Below, one piece after another: positions 1 to 13,824 of a DNA stretch of 64,000 nucleotides. The notes below the pieces were generated by a model, which saw only the letters and a program-made list of their open reading frames with translations, was not told where the DNA came from and did not search any database. A program made the position numbers and the translations under genes. The first letter of the stretch is position 1. The number at the start of each line of letters is the position of its first letter. Source of the DNA: Camelus dromedarius (taxonomy: Eukaryota); assembly GCF_036321535.1 (NCBI RefSeq), contig NC_087472.1, positions 100,876,001 to 100,940,000 on the forward strand, written 5' to 3'.

Positions 1-744
1 CCTTGGAATGGAAATTTTTAATTATCAGAATGTATCTAGAAGTATGTAGGTGTGTATGTGCATATTTTGAACTAATATTACCTGGAAATCAAAGAACTTA
101 GAAAATTTTTCTTCTACCAACCTCAAATGTTGTTTCCACTCCTATTTTTCTAATAGTTTCCACTAGAAACCTTATAACTTTTAGGTTGAATTTTTCATAA
201 TTGCTTTATGTGTTTTGTTCACTACTGCATTGTAAGTGCAGGCAGATAGTAGGTGTTCAAGAAATATTTAATAAATGACTATTTCAGAGTGAACTAATAA
301 AAACTGTGACATCAACTTTGTTCTTTTACTGCCATCATTTTAGGTTTCTTTATCTTGGTCAATTTCTACAATTTTTGCCTTGTTTTATAGCTTCTTATCA
401 CAATAGAGGTCATATCCTCCTGGCTGTCCTTCAGGAGACAACTTCACCTGCTTGTTACAAAAAAAAAAATCACTTTTAGAACTATGTGTTGTTTTTAAAT
501 CTTTAGCACAGTGTTTTCTTTATCTACCCATGTCTTTTCATAAGCCACACCCCTCACCCCCATTTTAAACACATCCTTACTAAGATAGGAAGAGATCCAC
601 CAGGCCTGGAGTCTGGCAGCAAAAAAGGTAGTTGGGTCTTTTTTAGCAACCTGAATTTCAAGGCAGACTGATGCACCCAACCCCAATTTCAAAACCTGGA
701 TTCCTAGCAAATATTCTTCTCATTGGGTTGGACAGTCTGAGGCT

Positions 745-776
745 GGGCCACCTGAGCGAGGGCCACCTGAGCGAGG
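745..776 (+). repeat. Perfect 15-bp tandem duplication (GGGCCACCTGAGCGA)x2
   Basis: Read directly from the sequence. Confidence 0.9.
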
Positions 777-2459
777 TTCTCTAAGTTGTTTGCCGAGCAC
801 ATACTTCCTAGCACATCCTGCTCCCACTAATCTATGTTCACCACACCTTTTCATGGGGTCTGTGAATCCTAGGATGCAACATGCTGTTTCCAATCCGTCT
901 TTACTCCTTGCCTTACTGTATTTGGGGCATTGTGTCTCTCTGAAAAGATCTGGCAATACAGGTGCTGACATGGGCTACTGGGGACAGAGAGCTCCAGCTC
1001 CTGAAGGGTCAGATATAGTTACCACCCTGAGGTGGCCACCTGTTTCCAGCCCCTGTGGGCATGAGTCCAGGTCTTTTCCCACTCTCTTCGTACAGTTTGC
1101 CCTATTCTGGCTCAGGAAATAGAATAAATAGCATGATGTTCAAGGCTGTATTTTTCAATCCATCTCCCAGGACCCTGCCAATGATCTTCAATGTTTGGTT
1201 TCTCAATTAACAGCACTTTCATGAGTTTTTGTTTTTAATATCTTCATTTCATCACCCTGAGATGCTACACATAATATGTGTAGACAAAGAAGAAAAAATA
1301 TGAGAAATAACCCTGAAGAACTGTGCTTTAAATTCAGTTTATTCAAAAAGCATGCCATTGCCCCCACAACGTCTGCAAGAGAATGTCACCAGCTGTAGTT
1401 AGCACGATCAGTGTAATGTGCTACTTGTTTCAACGTCTGCCTTTGTTTAAACAATGACTTAGTTAAGAGCTCACATTTTAAAAAACAAACTAAGGATGTG
1501 ATAAAATATATAAGCAAACATTAATGATAAATCCATGTCTCACTCTTAATTTTGCCTCAAAATTGGAATTATATCACTTTGGAATGCAGAAAAGATAGAG
1601 ATTCCTGAATTGTACTGCTATCTTCATGAATGAACAAGCTATACTAAGGCATTTAACATCTCCCAGAATAAATTTCCTCAGCTGAAAAAAAAAAAATTCG
1701 AGAATGAGAAATAAATTCTGTAAGTAGTAACAAACAGAAAAATATCTCTAGGGCCTGTATTTCTTCTACTTTTCTCAAAATCTTCACCCCATAAAAATCA
1801 TGCCTCAATCAGTGAACAACCACACTGGACACAGAGACTTATAACTAAAACTCGCTCCTGCTACTGACTGTCTAAAGTTTCTGAGTCATTGGTTTATTTC
1901 CAGAATCAATTGTTCCTTCTTAAGATGCTGGCAAAGCAAGTGATTAGTATTAACAATCATAAAATTTACTAAGTTATTCAAAATGCAGTTACATAACCTG
2001 ATTTAACTATGCTCTGGAACAGTGAATTCTCTAAACCGATCATACACTGTATAAGGAAGTAGCAAGAGTCATTGTTTTTAATGTTTTGCTCTATGATTTA
2101 AAATATCCAACATGTATTATGAAACAGAGCAGAAAAAAATACTGATTTTATTTTACTCTGCTATTCATGGATTAAACCATTCTACAGGTTACATTCTACA
2201 ATTCATTCTCCAGTTACTCTCTGAGGAAGCCCTTCCTCGGGAGAAATTCTTTATTTATTCATCTAGATAGCAAGGAATACAGCTCGACAACTGAAGTATT
2301 TTAAAATATTTCAATCTGCATTTTGTGTGCAAATACCCCACCATTTAAGTGCTTTCAAACACTGACGTGCTCCTTCAGCAAGAGCAAAACCCTATAAACA
2401 TAAATATTATCACATTATAGACAGACATGGTAACTGAAAAAGTAAGCCTTATTTTAGGT

Positions 2460-2700
2460 TATTATTTTTAAGTGCTTTTGTGCCAGGCTCTGGGCTAAGT
2501 GCTTCCCATGTATTATCTCCTTTAATCCTCAAATCAGTATGATAAGAAGAGGAGCTTATCATCATGTTCATTTTACAGATGAGGATGTACTGACTTTTAA
2601 TGAGGTTCCATAATTTGCCCCAAGGTAATACAGCTAAGAATATTAGGGCTAAAAGTTTAAACCCAGGAAGACTGATTCTGGAGGCCATTTCTTATCACTG
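2460..2700 (-). mobile_element. MIR SINE
   Basis: Reverse complement of the MIR core (ttttacagatgagg, aatttgccccaaggt, tgtgccaggc). Confidence 0.8.
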
Positions 2701-3204
2701 GCCATGCTATACACCTTTGCAAGCCATATATGTAAGTTCTGTTATTGAAAAGGATATACTCTGAAACACATACACACATCCGCCTGGCGAGGCACCATTA
2801 TTTCTCGTCTTCATTTTCTCAAAAACACATGTTAGCACCAACAAAAATTTTCCAACAGTTTTCTAATAATGTCTAATATTTATACACCTAAAAGTATGTG
2901 CAAATATTTTATTTCCATCTGTATCTATATTCTGACTTTTATTTCACAGAAACCTTATACAACAACTTAGACAAATTATCTTACTTATTTTTACATCATG
3001 AGTAAAATGATAAAATGGGAGTAAATTCAAGCATAGGATACATTCCATGGCAGGTAGATACAATGGAGCTAACATATGTTTCCCAAGTACCAGAGAAATG
3101 CAAAATGTTATCCAGGATATGCAACAATAAAAACTAGACTATTTTCCAAGAAATCCCTTAGAGGTCTTTCCTTGACTTGCATTATCTATTACTTGTAAAG
3201 TACC

Positions 3205-3328
3205 ATAGTTAGATTATGGTAACTATGTTAGATTAACTAACTAAATTAATTGATTTAGTTAGATTAAACTAAAAGTTAGATTAACTACTAAATTTAACAC
3301 TAAAAGTTAGATTAACTACTAAATTTAA
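3205..3328. repeat. Local AT-rich tandem array with 5 GTTAGATTA motifs and two perfect 30-bp units
   Basis: ACTAAAAGTTAGATTAACTACTAAATTTAA at 3268-3297 and 3299-3328. Confidence 0.85.
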
Positions 3329-3923
3329 GTACTTCAGACTTAATCAGAAAAGAAACAAGCTATAGCAAAGAAGGAGAACATTTCAGTCAGTCGGCTAAGA
3401 ACTGTCTATCGGGCCTCTGCTTTATGTGAGGTTTTACGTGTGACATCCTAGGTTTGACATGAGTGAGTAAATGAAGCATCTCATATGTACAGAAGCTTAC
3501 ACCTGGTGTGTAATAATGCAGGACAGTAAGTAAAAATTTATGACAAAAGTTTAAAAATACAACGAACACCACAGAAATTTAAAATAGACTGAGAAGGAAA
3601 AAACATACACCCCTTTGAGATTTAAGTTTATAACATATTGGTTTATTTGCTGCTGATCTTTCTTTTTCTGAAATGTGAAATGTCACAACCATACTTTAGT
3701 GCATTTCCATTCCTTCTCTCCCTCAATGTAACTTCTGTCCTGAAGTTGGTATGTACCAATCCCATGCACATTTTTATTACTACCAATGAATTTACCCATA
3801 AACAAATTTACTGTTTTGTACATTAAAAACCATGTAACTGGCATGTTATTGCACATATATTTTTGCAATAACTTTTTTTTTTCCTTAGCACAACATTGTA
3901 TATCTGAGATTTAAACATAAATC

Positions 3924-4131
3924 TAGTCAACTGAGGACAACTGTGCCCTCCAGGGGACATCTGGCAATGTCTGGAGACACTTTCGGTTGTCACAATGGGG
4001 TGGGGGGCTAGTAGCATCTAATGGGTAGAGGGCAGGGATGCTGATGAAATTCCTTCAGTGCCCAGGACAGCCTCCACCACAAAGAATTACCTGGCCCCAA
4101 ACGTCAAAAGTGCTAATGTTGAGAAGCCCTG
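3924..4131 (+). mobile_element. MER20 (hAT-Charlie MITE)
   Basis: CCAGGGGACATCTGGCAATGTCTGGAGAC...GTTGAGAAGCCCTG matches the MER20 consensus. Confidence 0.9.
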
Positions 4132-4809
4132 TTCTAGTTTATTCATTTTAAGTGTTCTGTGGTATTCCACTATAAACACTCCCTCTTAAAAGAGAGACTG
4201 ATCACTTGTTGGAGATTGGGTAAAGCTTTGGAAAAGACTAATACACTGTGAAAAGAAGTTTTAGTTGAAAATGGGGTGATTAAAAGATTAATTCTTTAAA
4301 AATCATCAAAGCTATTAATCATGGCACTATCTACATTCATCTCATTTTCATAAAACAATGATTACTTTTATAACTTCTGTAATATGGCTCAATTAGAACA
4401 TTATATAGTGAAATATACCAAAAGATATATTAAAATATTACTCTTTTATTAAAAACGCCTACATTTTAAAAAGCATTACAAGGAAAACTCACAAAGAATT
4501 TACTTCATGTTCAGCCTTTAAAAAGAGGATAGTCGTATGAAAATATTAATACACTATCAAGAACAAGAGAGAGCATGCAGCCAAGAAAGGAAGATGTGGA
4601 AAGTGAGATCTTACAAAAAGTCTTACAGAAAACAACTGCCTTCAAGCCAAGTCAGTAATAAAATTCCTACATAACAAAATCTATTTTCTCATTTGTTTCC
4701 AATTAAACATCAAATTCCTTCTACCTACCCTTGGGCTAGATCTGCCCTTCATAAATCTTTATTGAGATATAAAACGAGAGTAAATGGAAGTAAAATATTT
4801 AGATAGAAT

Positions 4810-5530
4810 GCTGAACCATTCCTTCATCTTCCCCTCTGACTCTGGTCCTGTCTCCTGCCCCAAATCTCCATGAACCCTAGCCAGAAGTTTAGGATCACTC
4901 GACATCTCCCTTGTCTGCAATCCCAAATGCTGCTGATTTCTGCCTCCTAAACCTTTTCCAAATTGGTCCACTGTTCTTCTCTACCTGAACACTCCCATCC
5001 TAGTTGGAGACCTTGGCTTTTCCACCTGCAGTACTGCCTAGCCTCCTAACCCTTCTAATATGTCTGCCACTCAACACCCAGGCTCTTCATTTAGAAACAA
5101 AAATCTGATTTCACTGCCCTATCACTTCCCCTCAAAATTCTCCCCAAACTCTCCTGCCCTAAGGACTATGTCAAAGCCCCTTCACATGGCCTGCAAGGCC
5201 TGTCCCGAGACCAGTCGGATGCTCTCAACCTCCTCTCCTTAGGTCTCCCTTGCTTGTTGAGCCCCTGCCAGTCCTCACCATCTCTCCTGCTATGGGGCCT
5301 GTCCCCTTTGCTCCTAAAAGCTTGGCCCTCCCTTGCCCCAGTCAAACCTATACTACCTCTCAGGCCTTAGCTCAGTCCTCACTCCCTCAGGAAAGCCTTT
5401 CCATAGCCCCAAGACTAGGTATGAAGCCCCAGATGCTCTCTGAGCAGACACCTCTCCTTCATAACTTGCGTTAAAGTGACACCTTGACATATTTATCTGA
5501 TTCCACCACTGGACTGCAAGTGTGGAGGTA
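4810..5530 (+). mobile_element. L2 LINE fragment
   Basis: C/T-rich L2 3' region motifs (ccttcacatggcctgcaaggcc, cctcaggaaagcctttcc). Confidence 0.7.
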
Positions 5531-8500
5531 AGAAGTAAACATGTGACTGGTGTAAAAGTATGCTGAGCAAGAGAGAAAGTGCCCCTGCAAATGTCTCACT
5601 GCACTGCATCACCAATTCAAAACGTACATCCTGCCAGCCCGGGCCATCCCTCTATTTGGACATCATTTACTAACTCCACTACAGTTTCACAGAGAAACAC
5701 TATTTCCTACCACAATTTTAAAAATAATAAAAGACATTCCTTGGTATACAAGGAACTAAAACAAAACAAGACAAAAAACCCCACAGAATACAAATATACA
5801 CATTTACGTTTTTTTCAAGGACAGTGGGAGAAATATTAAGACAGATCCGTTTCCTTGTTTCTTCAGAAAGTTTAAAAAAGTGAAGATAATAAAAGAACAT
5901 AACATCCTTGAAAACTTCATCTGGCCCTCTCCAGAACTCCTTCAGTAGGCATGAATCTGAGTAAGCTCTTAGACTTCAGAAGGAATTATACTGTCTTGAT
6001 TAAAAACTTCTTTTGCTATTTGGCTACTCTGGCCTCTTGCAGATCTCAAAAAGGCACTGCAAAACCAATATTGCTTTCTTTTTGTTAAAAAATTCTTTCA
6101 CAGCATTACTATAAAATGGTTGCAGTTACTAGGTTGTGAATATTTATCAAGTTATATCAGAAGGCTTACTAAATTAAAAATTATCATTTATTGATTCATT
6201 TCTCCACCTGAAACAATAAAATAAGGATTATTATCCTTTACCATCACCTCTATTCCATTTTGTGACAAAATAGATTTCCTCTAGCCTGGCAAAACATAAT
6301 ATGGAAACAGAGGTGTCACATATTTACTAATAACTAACATTTGTGTGGTGTGAGACATTCCCAGTGAAGGAAATTGTCACAGACCCGGGAACTGGCTAAT
6401 ACAAGTTACAGTGCTGTATAGTAATGTGGTCCTCAAATCCTCAGTGCAAATGTGCTACAGACTTCCAGTCATTTTGTATTAGTGGAGCTTTGGGAAAATG
6501 AAGGAAAAGAGGTAAAGCTTGGGCCAATGAGGAACAGAAAGAATGGAAGAGCCCTCCTCGCCGAGATGAGATATAAGAAAATGAGTTTGATGGGAAGAGA
6601 AAATCAAAGGGAGAAGCTCTCTTTTACATTCTTAAGGAGGCCACTGGAATTCCCACAGTAAAGTCCTGAACTACTTTTACTTGAACATTACAAGTATACG
6701 GAGCCAGTAAGGCTGTGATACTCGGAGCCACCTAGATGACTGACATCTGAGTGCCACAAATAAAAGAATAAAAACATAAATGTCTAGAACCACTTAGCTG
6801 ATAGATGCAAACAAACTCAAATGCCTAGAAAGTACTTCTAATATGGTCCAGTATAACTGTTAGTGGATCAATACCAACCTGAAAGGACACTGGCTGATAA
6901 TCTCAAAGGATGCAACCATGATGAACTAAGGAAACTAGTTCACTGAATTGTACAATTAAAACGACTACCTCACTGTATTATAAGAAGGTACATTCTTTGT
7001 ATGTAAATTATACCTCAATAGAGCTGATTTTAAGCGAATCATTTAAAAATAATTCACCTCATAGTTACAGACTAACATAAATTTACCACCCTATGTTAAT
7101 ATGATAGATTAGGTAATTTATAAAATGTTCAAAAAATAAAATGTAGTAATCAAGATGAAAAATGAGGCATCCAAAGAATAATTTTCACTAACCCCTCTGG
7201 CAGAGCAAATAGCAACTTTCTTTAATAGAAAGGGAGAGATAGGTGAACTTTCAAAACAATTTAGCTCGGTATTTACAGATCATACAAAATTCGAGACACA
7301 CTTGATTTCATACAGCACACACTTTCAGACATTACATACAGAGGCTCTCAAACCACCTTGTCTACACCAGACTCAGACTTGTTATTATCAGCAAATGAAT
7401 GGAAATTTCAGAGCACATGGTAATGAAGCCTGCCAGACAACATTTCAGTTTAGTAATATTAACCATCATGTTCATACTATAGTTATCGTGCAATTATGTT
7501 ACAATTTTATTTCATTTGCCTTCATTTTATAACAATGAGTAGATAATGAGAAAATGAAAACTCTACTTCTAGTGATCAAGTAATTGAGATACAGCTTTAA
7601 TTAGGCATGCCAAATGCAAGCACAATCTACAACCTCAATCAGACAATCACTGGACTTAAGCTGCTCAATAGCGGAAAAAGTTTAAATTTAAATATTGGCA
7701 ATATATCCTCAAAGACTAAACCTAAGATGTGCTCTTTAATTTTCTATAACTGATTTAAACTTGCTTTTCAAGCTCTGACCTTGACTTTAACTTGCATTCT
7801 ATAGTAGCTAAGTCCTTTCTGGTTTATAGCCTCTTTCAGGTATAGGATCAGTTTTTCCCTTCAGATTTTCTCCCTGCTTCTACCAAGATGGCAGCTGGGT
7901 ATATGGATGTGAGTGGGGTTATGCAACTTCACTGTGGTAAGGGAATGAAGGGCTCGCAGATAAACATGCACAGGCCCTTGTGTTGTCCCCTGGGGCTCTC
8001 TGGTCTCCAAGAGAACATTCCTTATAGGCCTGAACCCCGGACACTGACCTGATGTTACTGTTGGATCCTGTGTGGGCTGTGGACTCAAATACTCACTCTT
8101 GGCTTAGAGCCCAGGGGTCTGGCCTGGTTGTTTGGCTCCTTCTCAGCTTTAATTGCTGAAGACATCTAGACTGCATAATCTCATTTACACCTGCTACCTG
8201 GCCAACAACTATAGTGTTGATATCAGCTTGCCCTTCAACACAGCATCTCCATTGACAGGTTCACTGGCTCTTATTCTAGCTACCTGGGGTGCATAATAAC
8301 TTTGGGATTCCTTAGAAGACACTCTTAAGCTGAAGGAGGCCCAGGCATCCTCTCTCCACCTAGTCACATCATGCCATTTAACTCTGCTGTTGCTGCTTCC
8401 ATTGTGACGAGGCAATCTTGCAAGGCAGTTTCCACCCTGAGTTCCAAGAGGGGAATCGGCCACAAGCTTCTTTCACGTTTGGCTTTACCCTCAACCTACC

Positions 8501-9404
8501 TACCATCCCCCTAAACACAGAATTTCAGTCTCCAGAGGTGGTGGGAGGAACGGGGAGGCGGGGAAGAGAATGTCAACACTTGCCTGCCCTAACTCTGCAT
8601 CTTCTGTCCACATTCCTCTGGCACCTAGAAGGGCTGTCTTTCATCTCTCCTTTAAGTCTCAAAGGAATTTCCCCTACAAAGCATTCACCCTACTCTTGTA
8701 CTTGGAACCATGATAGAAGAAAAGATCAGGACAGAAAAACCAATTTATTAACCAAAGATACATCACCAGGTATTCCAGAAAGATCACTCCTGTTAAATAT
8801 GTAAACATTCAGGTATAATGACAGAAGAAAAAACAAAGAAAGGTTTAATATTAAAATGGACTGATGATTGACATAAAAAACACATGGTCCAAATGAAGAC
8901 AAAAACTGTTTTCTGCTGAACTAGTTATAGACAGACAGCTTGGTAAAGATACCTTTACTGAGAGAAGAACTAGCTGTGCCTAACTTTCTCATGACCAATT
9001 TTTCCAATAAATTATGTAGATACCTTAAAGTCAGCACACTTAAGTTCTGCAGACATTAGTGGGTAAACAATGTACAGAAAGCTAACTACAGCAGATTGTT
9101 GTAGCAACAACAATTGCTACTGCAGAGGCTCAAGATGCTCATTGCTTCCTGGGAACCCTAACAAACCCCAGACCCATGACTATAGACACACCTTTTGCTG
9201 AAGTTAGAGACAGTATAGTTAAAATGGTTATTAAATCACTTTTTAAGAATGTCTGATTCTATTTTGCTTTTAACAGTACACTGATAAATTATGCATCTGT
9301 TTATATAAAATTTTTGGCAAATATTTTGCCCTAATTTTACAATTTCTTATAAAGTAAGAAAATGAGAGTACTAAAACCTTTTTTTAAAAAAAAAGCTAAC
9401 ACAC

Positions 9405-9856
9405 TGTTTGGGAGGGGGAAATACATGTGCATGGAGGTCTCCTAGAAATGAGACCTAACAAGTGGCCAAAGTAAGCAGCTTTTATACTTTTTAGACAAAG
9501 AAAGAATAAATTTGCGAGGAAGTGACAGGACAAAGAAACTTAGGTTCTGGGTGCTCAATTAGTGAAGAATTTAAACACAGTTTGGGCTTGGGACAGTAAA
9601 TTAAAGCAGTAACCAGGTTGTGTATAGAGGCTCCTCAGATTTGAATTCCCCGTCTCTGATGATAAGGGTGTCCCTCTACCTCTAGATGTCCAAGGTGCAC
9701 CTTTCACGTGGGAGATTTATTCCCTGCTTTTAGGCGGACAGAGATGGGTCAGATTTTCCTTCTTGCATCAGCTATTTCTCAAGCAATTTCAATTCAAAAT
9801 AATCAATATGCCATTGTGACATATTTTGGGGTGGCCTACCTTGAGCCCTAATATCA
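9405..9856 (-). mobile_element. ERV1 solo LTR, MER34-like
   Basis: The minus strand begins ...GCCACCCCAAAATATGTCACAATGGCATATTGATTATTTTGAATTGAAATTGCTTGAGAAATAGC, the characteristic MER34-family start. Confidence 0.7.
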
Positions 9857-10435
9857 CCAAGGTTCAGTTTTTTCCAATTCATGAAAAATAAGCTAGGGTT
9901 TTAGGACAGAAACACACTTGAGGAAACACCAAAGTTCAAAAGCAGCAGAAATTATGTTCTGTATAAAATCTATACGCTACTAAGACATAAGGTGCTCAGG
10001 TGCAGGGTCACTACAGCACAGCCAAGATGTGGAAGATGGATAGGTACAGCAAGAGAAACTTAGCTCTCTATTCGAACAACTGAACTGGATTACCTTTAGG
10101 GACCCCGTGATATGATTTCTGACAGATCTGTTCACACAAAGGCAGATAAGGAAACAAAATGGTACAACCAAAATGTGGGAAAAGTTCTAAGTCATAGCTT
10201 TTTGCCATACCATACCCATGAAGAAAATTGAAAAGTACCTTCAATATAGGTAGTAACAATCTTTCTTTTCTTAAAAACTTATTTTCAAAGTGTCAGTTAA
10301 TTTAGTGAAAACTTGTTCTATCTTATGTATGCATTGTGGGGAAAACTATGAAACGCCAGATTCACCTTCTCTTACCATGGAAAGAGATGAGTATCAAGCA
10401 TAAATCGGCAACCTGCAATGTATATATATATTTTT

Positions 10436-10540
10436 AAATATAGAACGCTTCACGAATTTGTATGTCATCCTTGTGCAGGGGCCATGCTAATCTTCTCTGT
10501 GTCATTCCAATTTTAATATATGTGCTGCCGAAGCAAGCAC
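10436..10540 (-). pseudogene. RNU6: U6 snRNA retropseudogene, full length
   Basis: GTGCTTGCTTCGGCAGCACATATATTAAAATTGGAATGACACAGAGAAGATTAGCATGGCCCCTGCACAAGGATGACATACAAATTCGTGAAGCGTTCTATATTT. About 8 substitutions, mostly at CpG; no PSE/TATA upstream; flanked by AAAAATAT..ACA direct repeats. Confidence 0.95.
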
Positions 10541-11249
10541 TGTAATATTTTTGAAAGAGCTGAAAGTCAGGCTTATTTTTATATCCAAGTACCCAGCACT
10601 TTGTCTTGCATGTGGTAGGCACATAATAAAATGCCCACTGAAGTGAACTGTACCATATTGTTACACAGTCATGGAAGAGGAACTGTTTACCGCCATCACA
10701 TAAAGAAGCTAGACAACCGACCTCTGCTATGCTACTTGAGCACTAAAGCAAAAAAGAAAAGGAAGAGGAGGAGGAAGAAGAAAATCCCCAAAGTGGCCAT
10801 GCCTTTGAAACAACCATAGAATGTAAATCCCAAGCGGTTCAATATTTCAAGAGAATTAGCCAAGGAACACTATAAACCTGACAAAATTCCATCGTCTGTC
10901 GTCTGGCTGCTTGACGTCAAGAGTATCACCAAAGCTTTCTAGTTGAAATCTTCTTCTAGTAATAGTCTCCCAAGTGAGGTCATCAGTTTTGCACCTAATA
11001 GATATTTCAAACGTACTCTGCTTGTCAATCACTGAATTCAGGAAAAGAAACACGTATCACATATCATGCAGCCTGGAAGCTTTCCAAGGCTTCCGGGATA
11101 AAGTTTTAATTCCATGCTTCATCTCCTAACTTTTAAGAAAAAGCACTCTTCCTCCTGTCACACCTAATTATTTGCAGTTTCTCAACTGAGACTTCACACA
11201 TATTGGCTTTTATATGTTCACACTCTGCCTCCAGCATTCATCCTTTCTC

Positions 11250-11480
11250 CGTTCATTCATTTGTTCAATCAACAAACATTTCTGAAGCTCCTACTAGGTG
11301 ACAGGCACTGTGCTAAGCAGTGGGGATACAAGGAAACAAGATAAATGGGCCCCTGTTCTTATGGCAGTTACATTCTGGAGGGAAGAGATATACAATAAGA
11401 AAACAAAAAACAGACAAGAAGATGATGGTAACCGTTATAAAGAAAGCAAAACAGGTCAGTTCAACAGAGCATTGCTTTGC
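11250..11480 (-). mobile_element. L2 3' end
   Basis: ttcattcatt...caacaaacattt...aggcactgtgcta tail signature. Confidence 0.75.
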
Positions 11481-13159
11481 TGTTACTTAAATGACAAGAA
11501 GCCAACTCTGCTACTTCTAGTTAATTCTTTTTTTCCTCCTTCAAAATCCTCCTTCAGGTTTTGAGGCACTGCAGGATCCCTCAGTTTGTTTTATGTTCTC
11601 CTCTTTTGTGGTCCTTAGGACCCTATCTACACCTCCAACCAAACTAACTCTTACCACAAGTGCACTGGAATCTGTGGTTTGCAATTAGGCCTCACTGCCT
11701 ACCTGGGACCGATACCTGACCTGTGAGCGTAGGCACATCACATAACTCCCGCCCCAATGAGCAGAGAAAGGTTCTCCAAAAGGGTGGGCTGGATGAGCAG
11801 TTTAGTAGCTCTAAATACCTCTTAAGGATCTTACAGAGATCAAGAGGAAATGAGGCAATGGATACAGAGGACATAGAAATGAGACACGTAAATGTTAACT
11901 AAAAACACCCAAATAAAGACTGAAATATTATTTTTGTTAAAAGGACCAATCGTCCGAATTTTAAAATGAATGACTTGTTTTTTGACATCTTCCTTCTTTG
12001 ATGGTCCCTGAACTCCTCAAGGGCAGAGACCACATCCTAATGACTATGCCATCATGAGCCTTTCCTCCCAGAACGCCAGCTCTCTGCAATCACTAATCAC
12101 ATCCTTCTTGTTCTTTATTCCAAACATCTAGCAAGACCCCCTACAGCAGGTGTTTTAGCAAATGTCTGCTTAATGAATTAATCTGAAGTTTCAAAGCTCA
12201 CTCCAGTGGTTTCTCTTGAGCCAGAACTAACAAAGAATCTTTCTGTATCAATAAAGAATGTATTTAAATGGCAGAGGTGATAAATCAAAATGAATTTGAA
12301 AAAGATACCTGCTTCACATAAATCACATAGTGGGGAAAGTGCCTGTAAAAGTTTAGGAACCAATGGTATGGAAAAATGCAAATTAATGGATGACTTTAAG
12401 AGAAATTATATATTATTTTCTAACAAAACATGGCAGAAATTTTATATTCAGCACTCTGTGTTTGTAAGGAATAGAATAAACTGTTAGATTATATTATCAA
12501 GTACACAGAATATGTCTGTAAATGAACTTGATTCCACACTTCAAATAAATGGAAACATTTACACACTTTCACTGAAAAATCAAGTGAAAGGGCAGCACGA
12601 ATCTTTTCTGAACAAAGGAACTTGACTACATTAGAACTGCTTTACAATAAGCCCCTCAAGCAGAATTGAAATCTAATGGCATGGATAATACCTATACAAT
12701 GACTTTTGAATCACATCCTTCTAATTATTCTACTACCTGTATTTGAACAAAAAGGAACCCAAAGCAATAGGAAATATCAGAATTGTATAAAAAAAACTGG
12801 TTAAATTTTCTCATGAGTCCTAAACAACCAAACAAAAAGGCAGAAATTTCTAACAAAATCATTATTGCCTACTTTCAGAAACAAATAAAAAAAATCTGAT
12901 TCTAAGAGGACTATACTACGAACAGTTTAAAATACAAGATATGTACTGGTTAAGTTGTTTTTCATACTTCTGCTGCCAGATCTACCTATATGGTTTCATA
13001 AGAAAGAAAACAGTAAGTGTTTCTAATTAGAAACATTCTTTAATTACATTTAATTATGTGATACCTTCCAGAAGCCGGGAAGCACTCCTTTCAGACACAA
13101 TCTTGATTTCAAACAAATAATAAAAAGCAAAGTGAAAGTCAAAGGCTGTTGCGCATCCA

Positions 13160-13400
13160 GAAGGTAAGAACTTCAGATCCAGAGCCACGCTGCCTAGATT
13201 TTTTAATCCTGGCTCTACCACCTACTAGCTAAGTGACCTTAAGCAAGTTACCTAACATCTTGGTGCCTCAATTTCCTTTTTTGAAAATTAGGTCTAATAA
13301 TATCACTTATTCCTAAGGTTGCTATTAGGATTAAATGAGAAGATACAGGGAAAATGCTCAGAACAGCACATGAGCTAAATGTTATTATCATTATTATTAT
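13160..13400 (+). mobile_element. MIR SINE
   Basis: aatcctggctctaccac-tactagct-gtgacctt-gcaagttac core. Confidence 0.8.
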
Positions 13401-13788
13401 CATCAAGTTCCAAATGCTCTACTTCTGGGCATTCCCAAATCACTAAAGTAAGTTTCCAAGGGAAAGCAGAGAACATGGGGTTTGTCCCTGAGGGGCTTCT
13501 CCTGCCCCTAGGGAAAACTAACAGGTCTTACTATATAAAGCCCAGACTTACAGTAGAGCCGAACTTCCCGTCCAATGGGCTAATGTCAAAGAGAGATGAC
13601 GTTCCTCTAGGACTGGGAGGATTACAGGGCTGCATCTTCTGTATGAGGCAGAGGGGTGTCCAGGACTTTGGACAGTGGTGGTGCTTGGAGAGATCCCTCC
13701 AGTCTGATCACTGAGCACCACAGCCTGGAAACCTAGGTCCAGGGAAACAATGCCCACTGGAGGGCAGCTCCTGGCAAAAAGTTTAATG

Positions 13789-13824
13789 GTAACCCAAGAA
13801 ACAAGCAATGGTAACCATGGCAAC
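13789..13824. promoter_or_regulatory. Tandem RFX X-box motifs
   Basis: GTAACCATGGCAAC (13811-13824) fits GTNRCC-NN-RGYAAC. GTAACCCAAGAAAC (13789-13802) is a weaker match. Function is unproven. Confidence 0.5.

Noticed and set aside
7790..8730. GC-richer block with a 128-aa ORF (similar blocks at about 500-1130 and 11680-11880)
   Set aside because: No splice or protein support. Probably ancient LTR relics that I cannot assign to a family by eye.
10856..11053. 65-aa ORF and exon-like AG...GT block (10994-10878, 117 nt) on the CDKL5 strand
   Set aside because: No polypyrimidine tract, weak donor (gtttat), no match to CDKL5 protein, and it hits TGA at codon 4 in the required phase.
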